Assembly: GCF_030145815.1 (NCBI RefSeq)
Contig: NZ_JAIXHL010000011.1
Span: 62,562-126,561 of the forward strand
From: Sphingomonas sp.
Lineage (GTDB): Bacteria; Pseudomonadota; Alphaproteobacteria; Sphingomonadales; Sphingomonadaceae
Length of the DNA stretch: 64,000 nt
Direction of reading: 5' to 3'
Both the position numbers and the translations under genes were made by a program. Each line of letters starts with the position of its first letter. Position 1 is the first letter of the stretch. Positions 1-10,433 of this stretch are shown here, one piece after another. Under the pieces are notes generated by a model. That model ran no database searches and was not told where the DNA came from. It saw nothing but the letters and a program-made list of their open reading frames with translations.

Positions 1-444
1 CTGCTCGGCCAACCGCTCGCGTCGTCCGAGACGCTGCACGTAACAGCGCTGACTGATAGCGAGGCCTGTCTTTTCCCGCGTGGCCAGTTCGAGGCTTTGA
101 TCGAAGCGCGTGTTGCCCTCGCTAAGCGCCTTCTAGCTGAAGTCAGCCGTGAGCTCGTTGAAAGCCGCAACCTCATCGATCTCATCTCGAAACGTCATGC
201 AAAGGGTCGGGTTGCAGCACTGATCCTGTCGTTCTTCCGGGCAGCTGGTCACGCCTCTTATCCAAGTGAAATAGCTTTCGATCTTCCGCTTAAACGGGGA
301 GAGATGGCGCAGTTGCTCGGCCTGTCTATCGAGACGGTAAGCCGCACACTGACCTCGCTCGAAAACGAGCAGGCAATTTGCCGGGAAGGAAGTCACGGAA
401 TCCTGATCCGTAGTTTAGATATCTTGGCAGCGCATGCCGCCTGA
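1..444 (+). CDS. Crp/Fnr family regulator (FnrL/FixK-like), 5'-truncated by window edge
   Basis: Frame 1 is open from base 1 (LLGQPLASSETLHVTALTDSEACLFPR...). C-terminal HTH PLKRGEMAQLLGLSIETVSRTL has the Fnr-type ExxSR recognition helix. Directly upstream of hemN. The N-terminal Cys cluster is outside the window, so FnrL vs FixK cannot be decided. Confidence 0.9.
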   Translation: MLGQPLASSETLHVTALTDSEACLFPRGQFEALIEARVALAKRLLAEVSRELVESRNLIDLISKRHAKGRVAALILSFFRAAGHASYPSEIAFDLPLKRGEMAQLLGLSIETVSRTLTSLENEQAICREGSHGILIRSLDILAAHAA

Positions 445-491
445 ACGCACAGCAAGCGACTTGCCGCTGCCCCACCCTGAACGGTCGTGTT

Positions 492-505
492 TTGACAAAG
501 CGCAA
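492..505. promoter_or_regulatory. Fnr/FixK/NnrR-type box upstream of hemN
   Basis: TTGAC-AAAG-CGCAA (TTG-N8-CAA), 33 bp before the probable hemN ATG at 539. Confidence 0.55.
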
Positions 506-538
506 AGCGCAAGCGATCGGAGCCTGTCACGGCAGGCC

Positions 539-1882
539 ATGCATGTTTACATCCCTGAGTTCGCGAAGCTAAACGCGCCGCGCTACACCAGCTATCCCAC
601 TGCAGCGGAATTCGGCAGCTCGGTGGGCGCCGAGCAGCAGTTCGAGGCATTGAGCCAGATCAGTGTTGCCGAGCCCATCTCGATCTACGTTCACGTCCCG
701 TATTGCCACCAGATCTGCTGGTATTGCGGGTGCAACACCGGTGCCGTTGGCCGCGTTGAGCGTCTGACGCAATATATCGATGCCCTCGAGGCGGAAATGG
801 CGTTGGTCGCTCCCCTCGTGCAAGGGCAGGCGATATCAGTGCATTTCGGCGGAGGCAGTCCGAATGCATTAGGTCCCGCGCTGTTCGCTCAAGTGGTGCA
901 TAGCCTAAGGGCGGCCTTCGATATCTCAAACTCGGCAGAATGGGCCGTCGAGCTCGATCCACGCGACCTAGACGCAGCAATTGCCGACATCATCGGCACT
1001 GCAGGTTTCCATCGTGCGAGCCTCGGCGCTCAGACATTCTCTCATCACATTCAGGCAAAGATCAACCGCGTCCAGCCATTCCAGCTAGTCGCAAATGGCG
1101 CCGCCATGCTCAAGCGGGCGGGGGTCAAGCATCTGAACCTGGACCTCATGTATGGGCTTCCCGGCCAGACGCTGGACGATATCGCGGCGACCATCTCGTC
1201 CGCCCTCACGCTCCAGCCCGACAGGGTCGCGATGTTCGGCTACGCCCATGTTCCTAACATGCTGCCGCGGCAGCGGATGATCGAAGCCGACACGCTCCCC
1301 AGCGCGGAGCAGCGCTTTTGGCAGAGCGCACTTGCTCATGACATCCTCATTGAGGCGGGCTATGAGGCGATCGGCTTCGATCATTTCGCACGGCCTCAGG
1401 ACAGCCTTACACGCGCTGCCCGGAGCGGCGGCCTCCAGCGCAACTTTCAAGGATTCACAGACGATCCGGCTCACGTGCTTATCGGACTGGGATCGTCGGC
1501 AATCAGCCAGTTCGGCAACGTGCTCGTGCAAAACGAGAAACATGTGGGGCAATACCGCATGCGGGTGACTAATGGACGGCTTGCGGGCGCAAGAGGCGTC
1601 CTGGTCACGCCGGCCGACCGCCTTCGCGGGGAGCTGATCGAGAGGCTATTGTGTGACGGTAGCGTAGACCTCGCCGAGGTCTCGCGCCAGCATGACCGCC
1701 CTCTAAGGGAAGTGCTGCCATGTTTGGAGCGGCTACGGGCGATGGAGCAGCATCGCCTTGTCAAGCTCGACCAATGGCGTGTGACCTTGCTGCCCGAGGG
1801 GCGGCCATACGCGCGCATCGCCGCCGCCGCGTTCGACAGCTATCGTGGCGGCGGGCAGAACCGCTTCAGTCGCGCGGTTTAG
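539..1882 (+). CDS. hemN: Oxygen-independent coproporphyrinogen III oxidase (radical SAM)
   Basis: APRYTSYPT, CHQICWYC (CxxxCxxC), HFGGGSP, RNFQGF motifs. The ORF opens at 434, but ATG 539 downstream of the box is more likely. Confidence 0.95.
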   Translation: MHVYIPEFAKLNAPRYTSYPTAAEFGSSVGAEQQFEALSQISVAEPISIYVHVPYCHQICWYCGCNTGAVGRVERLTQYIDALEAEMALVAPLVQGQAISVHFGGGSPNALGPALFAQVVHSLRAAFDISNSAEWAVELDPRDLDAAIADIIGTAGFHRASLGAQTFSHHIQAKINRVQPFQLVANGAAMLKRAGVKHLNLDLMYGLPGQTLDDIAATISSALTLQPDRVAMFGYAHVPNMLPRQRMIEADTLPSAEQRFWQSALAHDILIEAGYEAIGFDHFARPQDSLTRAARSGGLQRNFQGFTDDPAHVLIGLGSSAISQFGNVLVQNEKHVGQYRMRVTNGRLAGARGVLVTPADRLRGELIERLLCDGSVDLAEVSRQHDRPLREVLPCLERLRAMEQHRLVKLDQWRVTLLPEGRPYARIAAAAFDSYRGGGQNRFSRAV

Positions 1883-2114
1883 GCTTATCGTCGCCATCGT
1901 CATCGAGGCGCTTGCGCTCGCCCCCTAGGTGACAGACGGAAGGGCATTTGCTCGCAGGCTCGTTCCTGTCGGGACCGATGGGCAGCCGAACACTTCCGCC
2001 CCCACACATCGCCACCTGCATCGTGGAAGCAGGAAGATCCACCCCGGCCAAGCCAAGGCCGAAAGCACCGCCAGTTGCGAGCAGTCGGCCCGCGAAGCCT
2101 CCCATCATCCCCAT
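1866..2114 (-). CDS. Small exported Cys/His protein (MCGGG...CPSVCH), DUF2946/CutF-like candidate
   Basis: Hydrophobic N-terminus, MCGGG and CxxxCH motifs, same strand as and just after ccoS. Start uncertain (2114/2108/2105). Confidence 0.55.
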   Translation of the reverse strand: MGMMGGFAGRLLATGGAFGLGLAGVDLPASTMQVAMCGGGSVRLPIGPDRNEPASKCPSVCHLGGERKRLDDDGDDKPKPRD

Positions 2115-2202
2115 ATCGCGGCATCCGACCTCAGGCGCCGTGCATCGCAAGACGTCAGTGTATTCCCTCGCGGAGCGGCCAGCGTCTGGCGAAGGAGCAG
2201 CA

Positions 2203-2382
2203 TCATTCCGGTCCGTTACTCGATGAGCGCGTTATTGTAGGTTCGTCATCATCGATGAGAACTCGCATCGCGGCGCCGTCCATATCCTCATATTGCCCGC
2301 TCCTGACGGACCAGAAGAATGCGGCCAGCCCGAGCAGCCCCAGTAGGAGAGCGAGGGGAATGAGGAGCGCGAGCCCGTTCAA
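2203..2382 (-). CDS. ccoS: cbb3 oxidase maturation protein CcoS/FixS (not in ORF track)
   Basis: Hand translation: MNGLALLIPLALLLGLLGLAAFFWSVRSGQYEDMDGAAMRVLIDDDEPTITRSSSNGPE (59 aa). TTG start overlaps the ccoI stop (TTGA). W-x4-GQYED signature. Confidence 0.92.
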   Translation of the reverse strand: MNGLALLIPLALLLGLLGLAAFFWSVRSGQYEDMDGAAMRVLIDDDEPTITRSSSNGPE

Positions 2383-4484
2383 CGCGCGGCAGTCCGCAGC
2401 CGCATGGCGTTGCCCACCACAAGGATCGAAGAACCGGACATCGCCAATGCTGCGATCAACGGCGTGACCTGCCCGGCAAGCGCGAGTGGCACTGCAATCA
2501 CATTGTAGCCGATGGCCATGACGAGGTTCTGGCGCACCACCCGCATCGTGCGCCGCGCAGCCGCGATAGCGATCGGTATAGGAATCAGCCGATCGCCGAG
2601 GAACAGCACGTCGGCGGCAGTCTGCCCGACATCGCTTGCCGAGGACGGCGCGATTGAGACATGTGCCGCTTTAAGCGCCGGTCCATCGTTCAGCCCATCG
2701 CCCACCATCAGGACGCGGCGGCCCCGCGCCGTCAGGGCCTCTATCGCGTCAAACTTGTCACGCGGTGACAGCTCGGCGTTGGAAGAGAGCGCAAGATCCC
2801 GGCCGATCTCAGCAACCGCATTGGGCTGATCCCCCGACACGATCGCCGCTTCCAGACTCTGTGCGCGCAGTCGCTCCACCGCTTCTCTTGCATCAGGCCG
2901 GAGCGTGTCACGAAATTGGAGCAGTCTCGGTGGCCGGCCCTCGACTTGGAAAGCCGTCGTCAAGTTGGCGTCGTCCACCTTCATGCCGGATGTTCTGGGA
3001 TTGCCCAGTTTGACCGATAATCCCTGCCAGACGCCCTCGACTCCGCGTCCGGCTTGCTCTCCCAATTCGGTGAGTTCAGCCGCAGTGACGCCCGCGCGAT
3101 TCAATGCCGATGCGAGCGCTTTTGACAGGGGATGCCGGCTGGCTCTCGCCAGCGCCAGCGCCAGCGGACGCTCATCCGGCGTCAGCGGCAGTTCACCGGC
3201 AGGCTCCGGACGGCCGAGAGTGAGTGTGCCCGTCTTGTCAAACAACACCACATCGACTTCGGCCAGCCGCTCCAGCGCAGAGCCATCCTTTATGAGCACG
3301 CCGGCTCGCATCAGCGACCCCGAGGCCACCACTTGGGAAACCGGCACGGCTAGGCCCAGCGCGCATGGGCAGGTGATGATGAGCACGGCTACGGCGATGG
3401 TTATCGCCTGATGGAAGCCAGCCCCCGCGATCATCCAACCCACCAGACTGAGCGCAGCCAACGTGTGGACAGCAGGAGCGTAGATGCGCGCCGCCCTGTC
3501 GGCGAGCCGCACGTAGCGCGACTTGCCGCCACCCGCCGCGTTCATCAAGCGCGCGATGTCGGCGATCGCTGTCGATTCGCCCGCCGCGGTGACTCGGACG
3601 GTGATTGGGGCCTCCAAGTTGATTGTGCCAGCCAAAACCGAGCTGCCCGGTGCGACCGCCTCCGGTCTGCTCTCGCCAGTGACGAGCGCGCGATCGATGC
3701 TGCTCACCCCGTCCTGGACCTCACCGTCCGCAGCTAGCCGCTCGCCCGCCGCGACGAGAATGCGCATCCCTGGCGCAAGCTCCTCGGTCGAGCGCCATTG
3801 GCTCGTGCCGTCAGCTTGGACGACCAGCGCTCCCGGCGCCGTCTGACGCAACAGCGCAGCCGCCCCGTCCTGCGCTCGAGCACGCATCACCGAATCCAAG
3901 GTGCGGCCGGCCAACAGGAAGAACAGCAAGGTGACCGCGCCGTCGAAATAGGCGTGCTTCCCCCAGATGGAGGTTTCATAGATACTGATGCCGCACGCAA
4001 CGATCACACCGATCGAGATCGGAACGTCCATGTTGGCGCGGCCGTGCCGCAACGCTCGCCAGGCGCTCTTGAAGAAAGGCCGGCCGGCATAGGCTACCGC
4101 CGGTATGGCGATCAGCGCGGAAAGCCAGTGAAAAAGCTGCCGCGTCGCGCCATCGGCCCCGGACCACACGGAAACCGAGAGCAGCATTACATTCATCGCT
4201 GCGAAGCCCGCGACAGCAAGGCACTTCACCAACTCACGAGTTTCGCGACTTGCCCCGGTATCAGCCTCGCCCAAGAAGGGATGCGCTTCAAAACCGACCC
4301 GCCCGATGGCCTCCTTCAACGTTTCCAAGCCGACCGCTTCGTCATGCTCGATACGAAGTCGCTTCGTGGTGAAGTTCACCCGAGCGTCTGCGATGCCGCC
4401 ATGGCCCGACAACCCGCGCTCCAGCTTCGCAATGCAACCGGCGCAGTGAATGCCCTCGACGGCGAACGTGGTCACGGCGTTCAT
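2379..4484 (-). CDS. ccoI: P1B-type Cu-translocating ATPase CcoI/FixI
   Basis: CAGC HMA motif, TGES, CPC, DKTGTLT, GDGLND. ATG 4484 overlaps the ccoH stop (ATGA). Confidence 0.95.
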   Translation of the reverse strand: MNAVTTFAVEGIHCAGCIAKLERGLSGHGGIADARVNFTTKRLRIEHDEAVGLETLKEAIGRVGFEAHPFLGEADTGASRETRELVKCLAVAGFAAMNVMLLSVSVWSGADGATRQLFHWLSALIAIPAVAYAGRPFFKSAWRALRHGRANMDVPISIGVIVACGISIYETSIWGKHAYFDGAVTLLFFLLAGRTLDSVMRARAQDGAAALLRQTAPGALVVQADGTSQWRSTEELAPGMRILVAAGERLAADGEVQDGVSSIDRALVTGESRPEAVAPGSSVLAGTINLEAPITVRVTAAGESTAIADIARLMNAAGGGKSRYVRLADRAARIYAPAVHTLAALSLVGWMIAGAGFHQAITIAVAVLIITCPCALGLAVPVSQVVASGSLMRAGVLIKDGSALERLAEVDVVLFDKTGTLTLGRPEPAGELPLTPDERPLALALARASRHPLSKALASALNRAGVTAAELTELGEQAGRGVEGVWQGLSVKLGNPRTSGMKVDDANLTTAFQVEGRPPRLLQFRDTLRPDAREAVERLRAQSLEAAIVSGDQPNAVAEIGRDLALSSNAELSPRDKFDAIEALTARGRRVLMVGDGLNDGPALKAAHVSIAPSSASDVGQTAADVLFLGDRLIPIPIAIAAARRTMRVVRQNLVMAIGYNVIAVPLALAGQVTPLIAALAMSGSSILVVGNAMRLRTAAR

Positions 4485-4918
4485 GCACGAATCTCGCGCA
4501 CGTATCTGGCTACGCGGATGCCGTGCTTCACCTCCAGCTTGATGAGCCACCGGCCGGGGGGCGCTGCGGCGCTGAACGAGCCATTGTTGCCGGTGAAACG
4601 GAGCGCTCGGCTCTCCTCACGTCCTAATGGGTGCTCGGCGATGCCCGTGACGACCGCGCCAGCTGGGGCATTGGTTCGCAGTTCGAGCCGCCCCCCTTTC
4701 GAGCGCGACAACTCGATGGTCCAGCCGAGCGCTTCCTGTGCCCGCGCCTGTGCTAGCCAGCCGTTAAAGCGCTGGCTCGCAACATAACTGTTGTCGACCA
4801 CGCGACCACCGAATGTCGAGACCGCAACGCTCGCCATCACGACGTTGACCGCAATGATCGTGCCGAACATCAGCAGCATCGCGGCGAGCATGTGCCATCC
4901 GGTGAAGCGGCGTGTCAT
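4481..4918 (-). CDS. ccoH: FixH/CcoH family protein
   Basis: FTGWHML...VN.VM...A.STFGG.VVDNSY.ASQ.FN FixH signature; position between ccoG and ccoI. Confidence 0.92.
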   Translation of the reverse strand: MTRRFTGWHMLAAMLLMFGTIIAVNVVMASVAVSTFGGRVVDNSYVASQRFNGWLAQARAQEALGWTIELSRSKGGRLELRTNAPAGAVVTGIAEHPLGREESRALRFTGNNGSFSAAAPPGRWLIKLEVKHGIRVARYVREIRA

Positions 4919-6459
4919 TGCCCTGCCTCAGGCCGCTCGAAGAAGCTGGTCTGGCTGGCCTGCCCTCCCTCTGCGTCGAGTGCTCGGACGGAGAAGGTCA
5001 GCTCGCTTCGCGCCGGCCCCGCCTCCGGAGCTGCCAGGAACAGTCTGGTTTTGGCGACCTGGTCGGCCGGCAGGTTCATACGCAATGTGCTCGCGCCGTT
5101 CGCCCTGCTGCCATTCGCGGACCAGATCACCGCACCAGGCACCCCACTGACCGACACTTCGACCTCGCGTGGCCGGCTCTGCATGTTGCGGACCTTCAGC
5201 TCGAATGCGTTGCGGACGCTCCCATCGGACAGTCGCACATAGACGGGGTTTCGATTCTGACTGACGGAGAGGTCGAGCCGCTCACGTGTGCCCAGCGCGA
5301 ACAGCATGGCAAGGCCAATCGAACCCCATATGAGGAAGTAGACGATGGTTCGAGGGCGGAAGAGCCGACGCGCGACGCTCTCGGTTGGACGTCCCTCGGC
5401 GGCTGCAAATTCATCCGCAACGGTCGAATAACCGATCAGCCGCGGCGGCCTCCCAATCTTATCCATGATCTCGTCGCAGGCATCGATGCACAGGCCGCAG
5501 GTGATGCACCCGATTTGCGATCCCTCGCGAATATCTATCCCTGTTGGACATACCGACACGCAGGCATTGCAGTCGATGCAGTCGCCGATCCGCGCGGTCA
5601 TCTGCGCAGCAACGTCGATCGGTTCGAGCGATGGCACGCCCGGCTGCGGATCGCCGCCATGGTCGGTTTCCGGGCGGCGGGCAGCTTCCCCCGCCCGTTT
5701 TGTCCCGTGCGTCCGTGGCTCGCCCCGCCAATATTTGTAGGTCACGATCAGCGACTTCTCGTCGAGCATCGCGCCTTGAATACGTGGCCAGGGGCAGGCG
5801 TAGATGCAAAACTGTTCGCGCATTAGGCCGCCGAGCACATAGGTGGTCGCCGTGAGAATGGCGACCGTGGCATAGGCTACGAACGGCGCGTCGCCGGCAA
5901 ACAGCTGGCGCGCGAGGGTGGGCGCGTCGGCGAAATAGAAGATCCAGGCGCCGCCAGTTGCAACTGCGATCAGCAGCCATATGCCATGTTTGGTGACACG
6001 CTTGGCCACCTTACCAGCGGTCCACGGCGCCCGCTGAAGACGTATCTGCGCATTGCGATCACCATCGATCAGCCGCTCAACGTGCAGAAACAGGTCGGTC
6101 CATACTGTCTGCGGACAGGCATAGCCACACCAGGCACGACCAACTGAGGACGTCACGAGGAACAGGCCGATGCCGGCCATGATGAGCAGGCCTGCCACAT
6201 AGTAGAATTCGTGCGGCCAGATCTCGATGGAGAACATGAAGAACCGGCGGTTCGCTATGTCGACCAGCACCGCCTGGTCAGGTGCATAGGGGCCGCGATC
6301 CCAGCGCAACCACGGCGTCACGTAATAGATGGCGAGGGTGATCGCCATGATCGCCCACTTCAGCCGCCGATAGTTCCCGCTGATGGCCTTCGGGAAAATC
6401 TTTTCCCGCGCCTCAAAGAGCTTGATCTTGGGACCGGTCAGGTCGTCAGGGCTTGCCAT
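4915..6459 (-). CDS. ccoG: cbb3 oxidase accessory protein CcoG/FixG (4Fe-4S, cupric reductase family)
   Basis: CGYACP, CIYACP, CIDCNACVSVCP, CITCGLCIDAC. Probable start ATG 6459 (MASPDDL). Confidence 0.95.
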   Translation of the reverse strand: MASPDDLTGPKIKLFEAREKIFPKAISGNYRRLKWAIMAITLAIYYVTPWLRWDRGPYAPDQAVLVDIANRRFFMFSIEIWPHEFYYVAGLLIMAGIGLFLVTSSVGRAWCGYACPQTVWTDLFLHVERLIDGDRNAQIRLQRAPWTAGKVAKRVTKHGIWLLIAVATGGAWIFYFADAPTLARQLFAGDAPFVAYATVAILTATTYVLGGLMREQFCIYACPWPRIQGAMLDEKSLIVTYKYWRGEPRTHGTKRAGEAARRPETDHGGDPQPGVPSLEPIDVAAQMTARIGDCIDCNACVSVCPTGIDIREGSQIGCITCGLCIDACDEIMDKIGRPPRLIGYSTVADEFAAAEGRPTESVARRLFRPRTIVYFLIWGSIGLAMLFALGTRERLDLSVSQNRNPVYVRLSDGSVRNAFELKVRNMQSRPREVEVSVSGVPGAVIWSANGSRANGASTLRMNLPADQVAKTRLFLAAPEAGPARSELTFSVRALDAEGGQASQTSFFERPEAGQ

Positions 6460-7408
6460 TCTTGGTTCGCGCGGCCGTGGCCGCCGCCTCCGCGCTTGGC
6501 GCTGCCGTGCTCGGCTTCGGCGCTGGTGGAACGAAATCTTCGCCACCGCCTAGCGAATGCACATAGGCGGACAGCATCTTGATTGTGACGGGATCTAATC
6601 GAGAACCCCAAGCCGGCATGACGCCGTTGCGCGAGTTGTGGATAGTCTGGCGGATCGACTCCCGATCGCCACCATAGAGCCAGATCGCATCCGTGAGCTT
6701 GGGCGCACCAAGCGTCCGGTTCCCCTCTCCTCCAGCGCCGTGGCAAGCGGCGCAATTGGTTGCGAACTGCGCGGCGCCGCGACGAGCGGCAGCGCTGGGC
6801 TTCTCGCGTCCGGACAAGGTCAGCACGTGGCTGACCACCTCCTCGATCTGCGCCGGCGTCAGGATCTGGTCGCGCCCGAACGCTGGCATCATCGAAGTGC
6901 GAGTCTCGTCGTTGCCCGGCTGCCTGATGCCGTTGCGTAGAGTTTGCTCGATCGCCTTTAAGTCGCCACCCCACAACCAGTCGTCATCGTTGAGATTAGG
7001 ATAGCCCTTAAAGCCTTGCGCGCCTGACCCATGGCATTGGACACAATGGACTTTGAACGCCGAGGCGCCGCCTGCTACCGCGGTGTCGAGCAGCTTCGAG
7101 TCCTCTGGAAGGCGCTCAATCGGTATGCGCGCGAGCGCTGCGATGGTGGGTGCACGGCGCGCACCCTCGGTCTGCATCTCCTCAGCATGAGCCGAGCGAC
7201 TGGTCCAGTTCAGGATCCCGTGCGTTGCGCGATCGATCAGCGGCCAGGCCGGATAAGCCACACAGTAGGCGATCGCGAAGACAATCGTCGCGTAGAGCGT
7301 GTAGAGCCACCAGCGCGGCATGGGTGTATCGAGTTCCTCGATACCATCCCACTCGTGACCTACCGTGCTGGTGCCGGTTGCCTCGTCGATCCGCTTGCCG
7401 TCAGCCAT
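6446..7408 (-). CDS. ccoP: cbb3-type cytochrome c oxidase subunit III
   Basis: GHEWDGIEELDTPMPRWW; two haem motifs, CVQCH and CAACH. Confidence 0.96.
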   Translation of the reverse strand: MADGKRIDEATGTSTVGHEWDGIEELDTPMPRWWLYTLYATIVFAIAYCVAYPAWPLIDRATHGILNWTSRSAHAEEMQTEGARRAPTIAALARIPIERLPEDSKLLDTAVAGGASAFKVHCVQCHGSGAQGFKGYPNLNDDDWLWGGDLKAIEQTLRNGIRQPGNDETRTSMMPAFGRDQILTPAQIEEVVSHVLTLSGREKPSAAARRGAAQFATNCAACHGAGGEGNRTLGAPKLTDAIWLYGGDRESIRQTIHNSRNGVMPAWGSRLDPVTIKMLSAYVHSLGGGEDFVPPAPKPSTAAPSAEAAATAARTKNGKP

Positions 7409-7562
7409 CCTGGCGATCCTCATCGAAAATCATCGTGGCGGCCCGATCCAGATCTCGTCGAGCGCCCCGGCGGAATGTCCAGCCGACCAGGCACAGGAAC
7501 ACGATGCCCATAAACACGAGCCCGTAGCTGTCCGCGAAATGTCGCATCTGGTCGTAATTCAC
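7401..7562 (-). CDS. ccoQ: cbb3-type cytochrome c oxidase subunit CcoQ (not correctly in ORF track)
   Basis: Hand translation from GTG 7562: [53 protein letters not shown] (53 aa). GTGA overlap with the ccoO stop. Confidence 0.92.
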   Translation of the reverse strand: MNYDQMRHFADSYGLVFMGIVFLCLVGWTFRRGARRDLDRAATMIFDEDRQDG

Positions 7563-8293
7563 CGCGCCTGCTCCTGCGGCTTGGCGGACTCGAAATCGAC
7601 AAGGGTGCCGAGCATCTGCAGGTAGGCGACAATCGCGTCCATTTCGGTCACCCGCGACGGATCGCCATCGAAGTCCCGAGTCTGCGCCTTCGGATAGCGC
7701 TTCATAAGGTCGGCGGTGTCCGAGAAGGGCGTCGCCTGCGCGATCATGTCGGCGGCCGCCTTCTCGATATCGTCCTTCGAATAGGGAACGCCGACCCGCG
7801 ACAGAGCCGTCAGCGATCCCTTCGCATCATACCCTGCAAGGTCCCGCTGTGCGAGGAACGCGTAGCGCGGCATGATCGATTCCGGGACCACCGATTGGGG
7901 GTTCTTGAGGTGCTGCACGTGCCACTCGTCCGAATAGCGGCCGCCGACGCGAGCAAGGTCCGGCCCGGTCCGCTTGGAACCCCACTGGAATGGGTGATCA
8001 TACATGCTCTCGGCAGCGAGACTGTAAGGACCATAGCGCTCCACTTCATCGCGGAACGGCCGAACCATCTGGCTGTGACAGTTGTAGCAGCCCTCGCGAA
8101 CATAGATGTCACGCCCAGCCTGCTCGAGTGGGGTGTAAGGACGCACGCCTTCGACCTTCTCGACCGTCGAGTCGATCCAGAAGAGTGGTGCGATCTCAAC
8201 GATGCCGCCGGTCGCGACGACGACCAGAGACAGCACGCCTAGCAGCGTGACGTTGCGTTCGATCTTTTTGTGATCGAGGAGCTTGGTGGACAT
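7559..8293 (-). CDS. ccoO: cbb3-type cytochrome c oxidase subunit II
   Basis: [40 protein letters not shown]. Confidence 0.97.
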   Translation of the reverse strand: MSTKLLDHKKIERNVTLLGVLSLVVVATGGIVEIAPLFWIDSTVEKVEGVRPYTPLEQAGRDIYVREGCYNCHSQMVRPFRDEVERYGPYSLAAESMYDHPFQWGSKRTGPDLARVGGRYSDEWHVQHLKNPQSVVPESIMPRYAFLAQRDLAGYDAKGSLTALSRVGVPYSKDDIEKAAADMIAQATPFSDTADLMKRYPKAQTRDFDGDPSRVTEMDAIVAYLQMLGTLVDFESAKPQEQAR

Positions 8294-8304
8294 GGCGCGA
8301 TCCT

Positions 8305-9963
8305 TCAGGCGGCTACGGCCGAGCGCGGGCCAGCGGGCACGAGCGGTCGGTCCTTGTCAGGGTCGTAGGAAGCAGTGCTGAGGGGCGCCTCTTCACGCAG
8401 GCGACCTGCGATGGTCATCCACACGTTCCAGACCATTACCAGGGCGCCGGCGAGATAGAGGAGGCCGCCGGCGATGCGGATCACATAATAGGGCTTCATC
8501 GCCGCGACCACCTCTGCGAAGGCGTAAACGAGGTAACCGTCCTCGCCATATTCGCGCCACATCAACCCTTGGGTGATGCCCGCCACCCACATCGAGGAGG
8601 CGTAGAGAACGATCCCCAGCGTCGCGAGCCAGAAGTGCCAGTTGATCATACGTAGGGAATAGAGCCGGCTACGACCCCACAGGCGCGGGACCATATAGTA
8701 GATGGCGCCGAACGTGATCATGCCGTTCCAGCCGAGCGCGCCGCTGTGAACGTGGCCTACCGTCCACTCGGTGTAGTGGCTCAGCGAGTTGACGCTCTTG
8801 ATCGACATGAGCGGACCTTCGAACGTCGCCATGCCATAGAAGGCCAGCGCGAATACCATCATGCGAATGATCGGGTCGGTGCGGATCTTGTCCCATGCGC
8901 CGTTCAGCGTCATGAGGCCGTTGATCATGCCACCCCAGCTCGGCATCCAAAGCATGACCGAGAACACCATTCCCAACGTCTGCGCCCAGTCGGGCAGCGC
9001 AGTGTAGTGGAGGTGGTGTGGGCCAGCCCAGATGTAGAGGAAGATCAGCGACCAGAAGTGGATGATCGAAAGCCGGTAGCTGTAGATCGGCCGTTCGGCC
9101 TGCTTGGGCACGAAGTAATACATCATGGCGAGGAAGCCGGCGGTCAGGAAGAACCCCACCGCGTTGTGGCCATACCACCACTGGGTCAGCGCATCCTGCA
9201 CCCCGGCGAACGCCGAGTAGCTCTTGGCACCGAGCAGCGAGACCGGCACCGCCAAGTTGTTGACGATGTGCAGCATCGCGATCGTCAGGATGAACGCGAG
9301 GTAGAACCAGTTCGCCACGTAGATGTGCGGTTCGGCACGGCGGATTACGGTGCCCACGAAGACCACGAGATAGGCGACCCAGACGATCGTGAGCCAAAGG
9401 TCGATATACCATTCTGGTTCGGCATATTCCTTCGACTGCGTGATGCCGAGCACATAGCCGGTCGCCGCCAGGACGATGAACAGCTGGTATCCCCAGAACA
9501 CGAAGCGCGAGAGCGCAGGGAATGCCAGGGGCGCGCGGCACGTGCGCTGCACGACGTAGAAGCTGGTCGCGATCAGCGCGTTGCCGCCAAAGGCGAAAAT
9601 GACTGCCGACGTATGCAACGGTCGCAAACGACCAAAATTGGTGTGTTCACTCAGGTTCAAGTCGGGGAAGGCGAGCTGCGACGCGATAACGACGCCTACC
9701 AGGAAGCCGACCACTCCCCAGAAGACAGTCGCGATCACGCCCCAGCGAATGACCTCGTCATAGTAGCGCCCAACGGGAACAGTCGGGGTCGTGCGCTCGG
9801 ACCAATCGCCCCGGGACATCGTTAGGAAGGCGACCCCGAGCGCCACCGCCGCCATGATTGCCATGTGGAAACTGAAGCCGGAGTCGGCTGCCGCGGCGGC
9901 CCCAAATATAGCCAGGATGCCGAGGATCAACCAGGCGAAGGCGTTCGAAACCGTGTTATCCAT
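8305..9963 (-). CDS. ccoN: cbb3-type cytochrome c oxidase subunit I
   Basis: [43 protein letters not shown] haem/CuB ligand motifs. Confidence 0.98.
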   Translation of the reverse strand: MDNTVSNAFAWLILGILAIFGAAAAADSGFSFHMAIMAAVALGVAFLTMSRGDWSERTTPTVPVGRYYDEVIRWGVIATVFWGVVGFLVGVVIASQLAFPDLNLSEHTNFGRLRPLHTSAVIFAFGGNALIATSFYVVQRTCRAPLAFPALSRFVFWGYQLFIVLAATGYVLGITQSKEYAEPEWYIDLWLTIVWVAYLVVFVGTVIRRAEPHIYVANWFYLAFILTIAMLHIVNNLAVPVSLLGAKSYSAFAGVQDALTQWWYGHNAVGFFLTAGFLAMMYYFVPKQAERPIYSYRLSIIHFWSLIFLYIWAGPHHLHYTALPDWAQTLGMVFSVMLWMPSWGGMINGLMTLNGAWDKIRTDPIIRMMVFALAFYGMATFEGPLMSIKSVNSLSHYTEWTVGHVHSGALGWNGMITFGAIYYMVPRLWGRSRLYSLRMINWHFWLATLGIVLYASSMWVAGITQGLMWREYGEDGYLVYAFAEVVAAMKPYYVIRIAGGLLYLAGALVMVWNVWMTIAGRLREEAPLSTASYDPDKDRPLVPAGPRSAVAA

Positions 9964-10035
9964 AATGCCTCGGCAGAGTGGAGAATGTTAGGTGTGTGCA
10001 GGCGCACGCCGGAGAAGTTGGCCGCACGCGCTCCG

Positions 10036-10049
10036 TTGGTGATATGCAA
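10036..10049. promoter_or_regulatory. Degenerate Fnr-family box upstream of ccoN
   Basis: TTGGTGATATGCAA (TTG-N8-CAA), about 73 bp upstream of the ccoN ATG. Confidence 0.4.
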
Positions 10050-10061
10050 AGCTTCATCGCT

Positions 10062-10361
10062 TCAGGGCCGCTGCACAGTAGGATCATTACGCGTCCAACC
10101 GGGATCGATGGTTCCGGTTATGTAGAGCAGAAGAAACGTCGCCAGCGCGATGTTCGAAAGGACGAACCACGCCAGCGCGAAGCGGCCGGCTCGCCGCGTT
10201 ACGCGCTGGCCGGGCGGGCGGGTCTTGCCTGGCGTGATGTCGCGCTCTGGCGTTTCCAGGTCGCGTGCGATGGCATTGGCGCGAAACAGCGCGAGATAAC
10301 CTGAAGCAAGTGTCGACAGCACTAGCAGCGCAAACAGCGCAGCAAACCCACCAATCGGCAT
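10062..10361 (-). CDS. Hypothetical 2-TM membrane protein (99 aa)
   Basis: Two hydrophobic segments; AAGAGG RBS before ATG 10361; same strand and directly upstream of ccoN. Confidence 0.65.
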   Translation of the reverse strand: MPIGGFAALFALLVLSTLASGYLALFRANAIARDLETPERDITPGKTRPPGQRVTRRAGRFALAWFVLSNIALATFLLLYITGTIDPGWTRNDPTVQRP

Positions 10362-10433
10362 ACGGTCGCCTCTTTTGCAGGAGCATCAGCCCTGCTTCGG
10401 CGTCACGTTTGCAACGAATATAGCGCGCTGAAT

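Noticed and set aside
3798-5826. 329-aa and 304-aa plus-strand ORFs
   Set aside because: Antisense to ccoI/ccoH/ccoG with low-complexity Arg/Pro/Ala composition.
8746-9825. 359-aa plus-strand ORF
   Set aside because: Antisense shadow of ccoN; no motifs. Long shadows are expected at this GC content.
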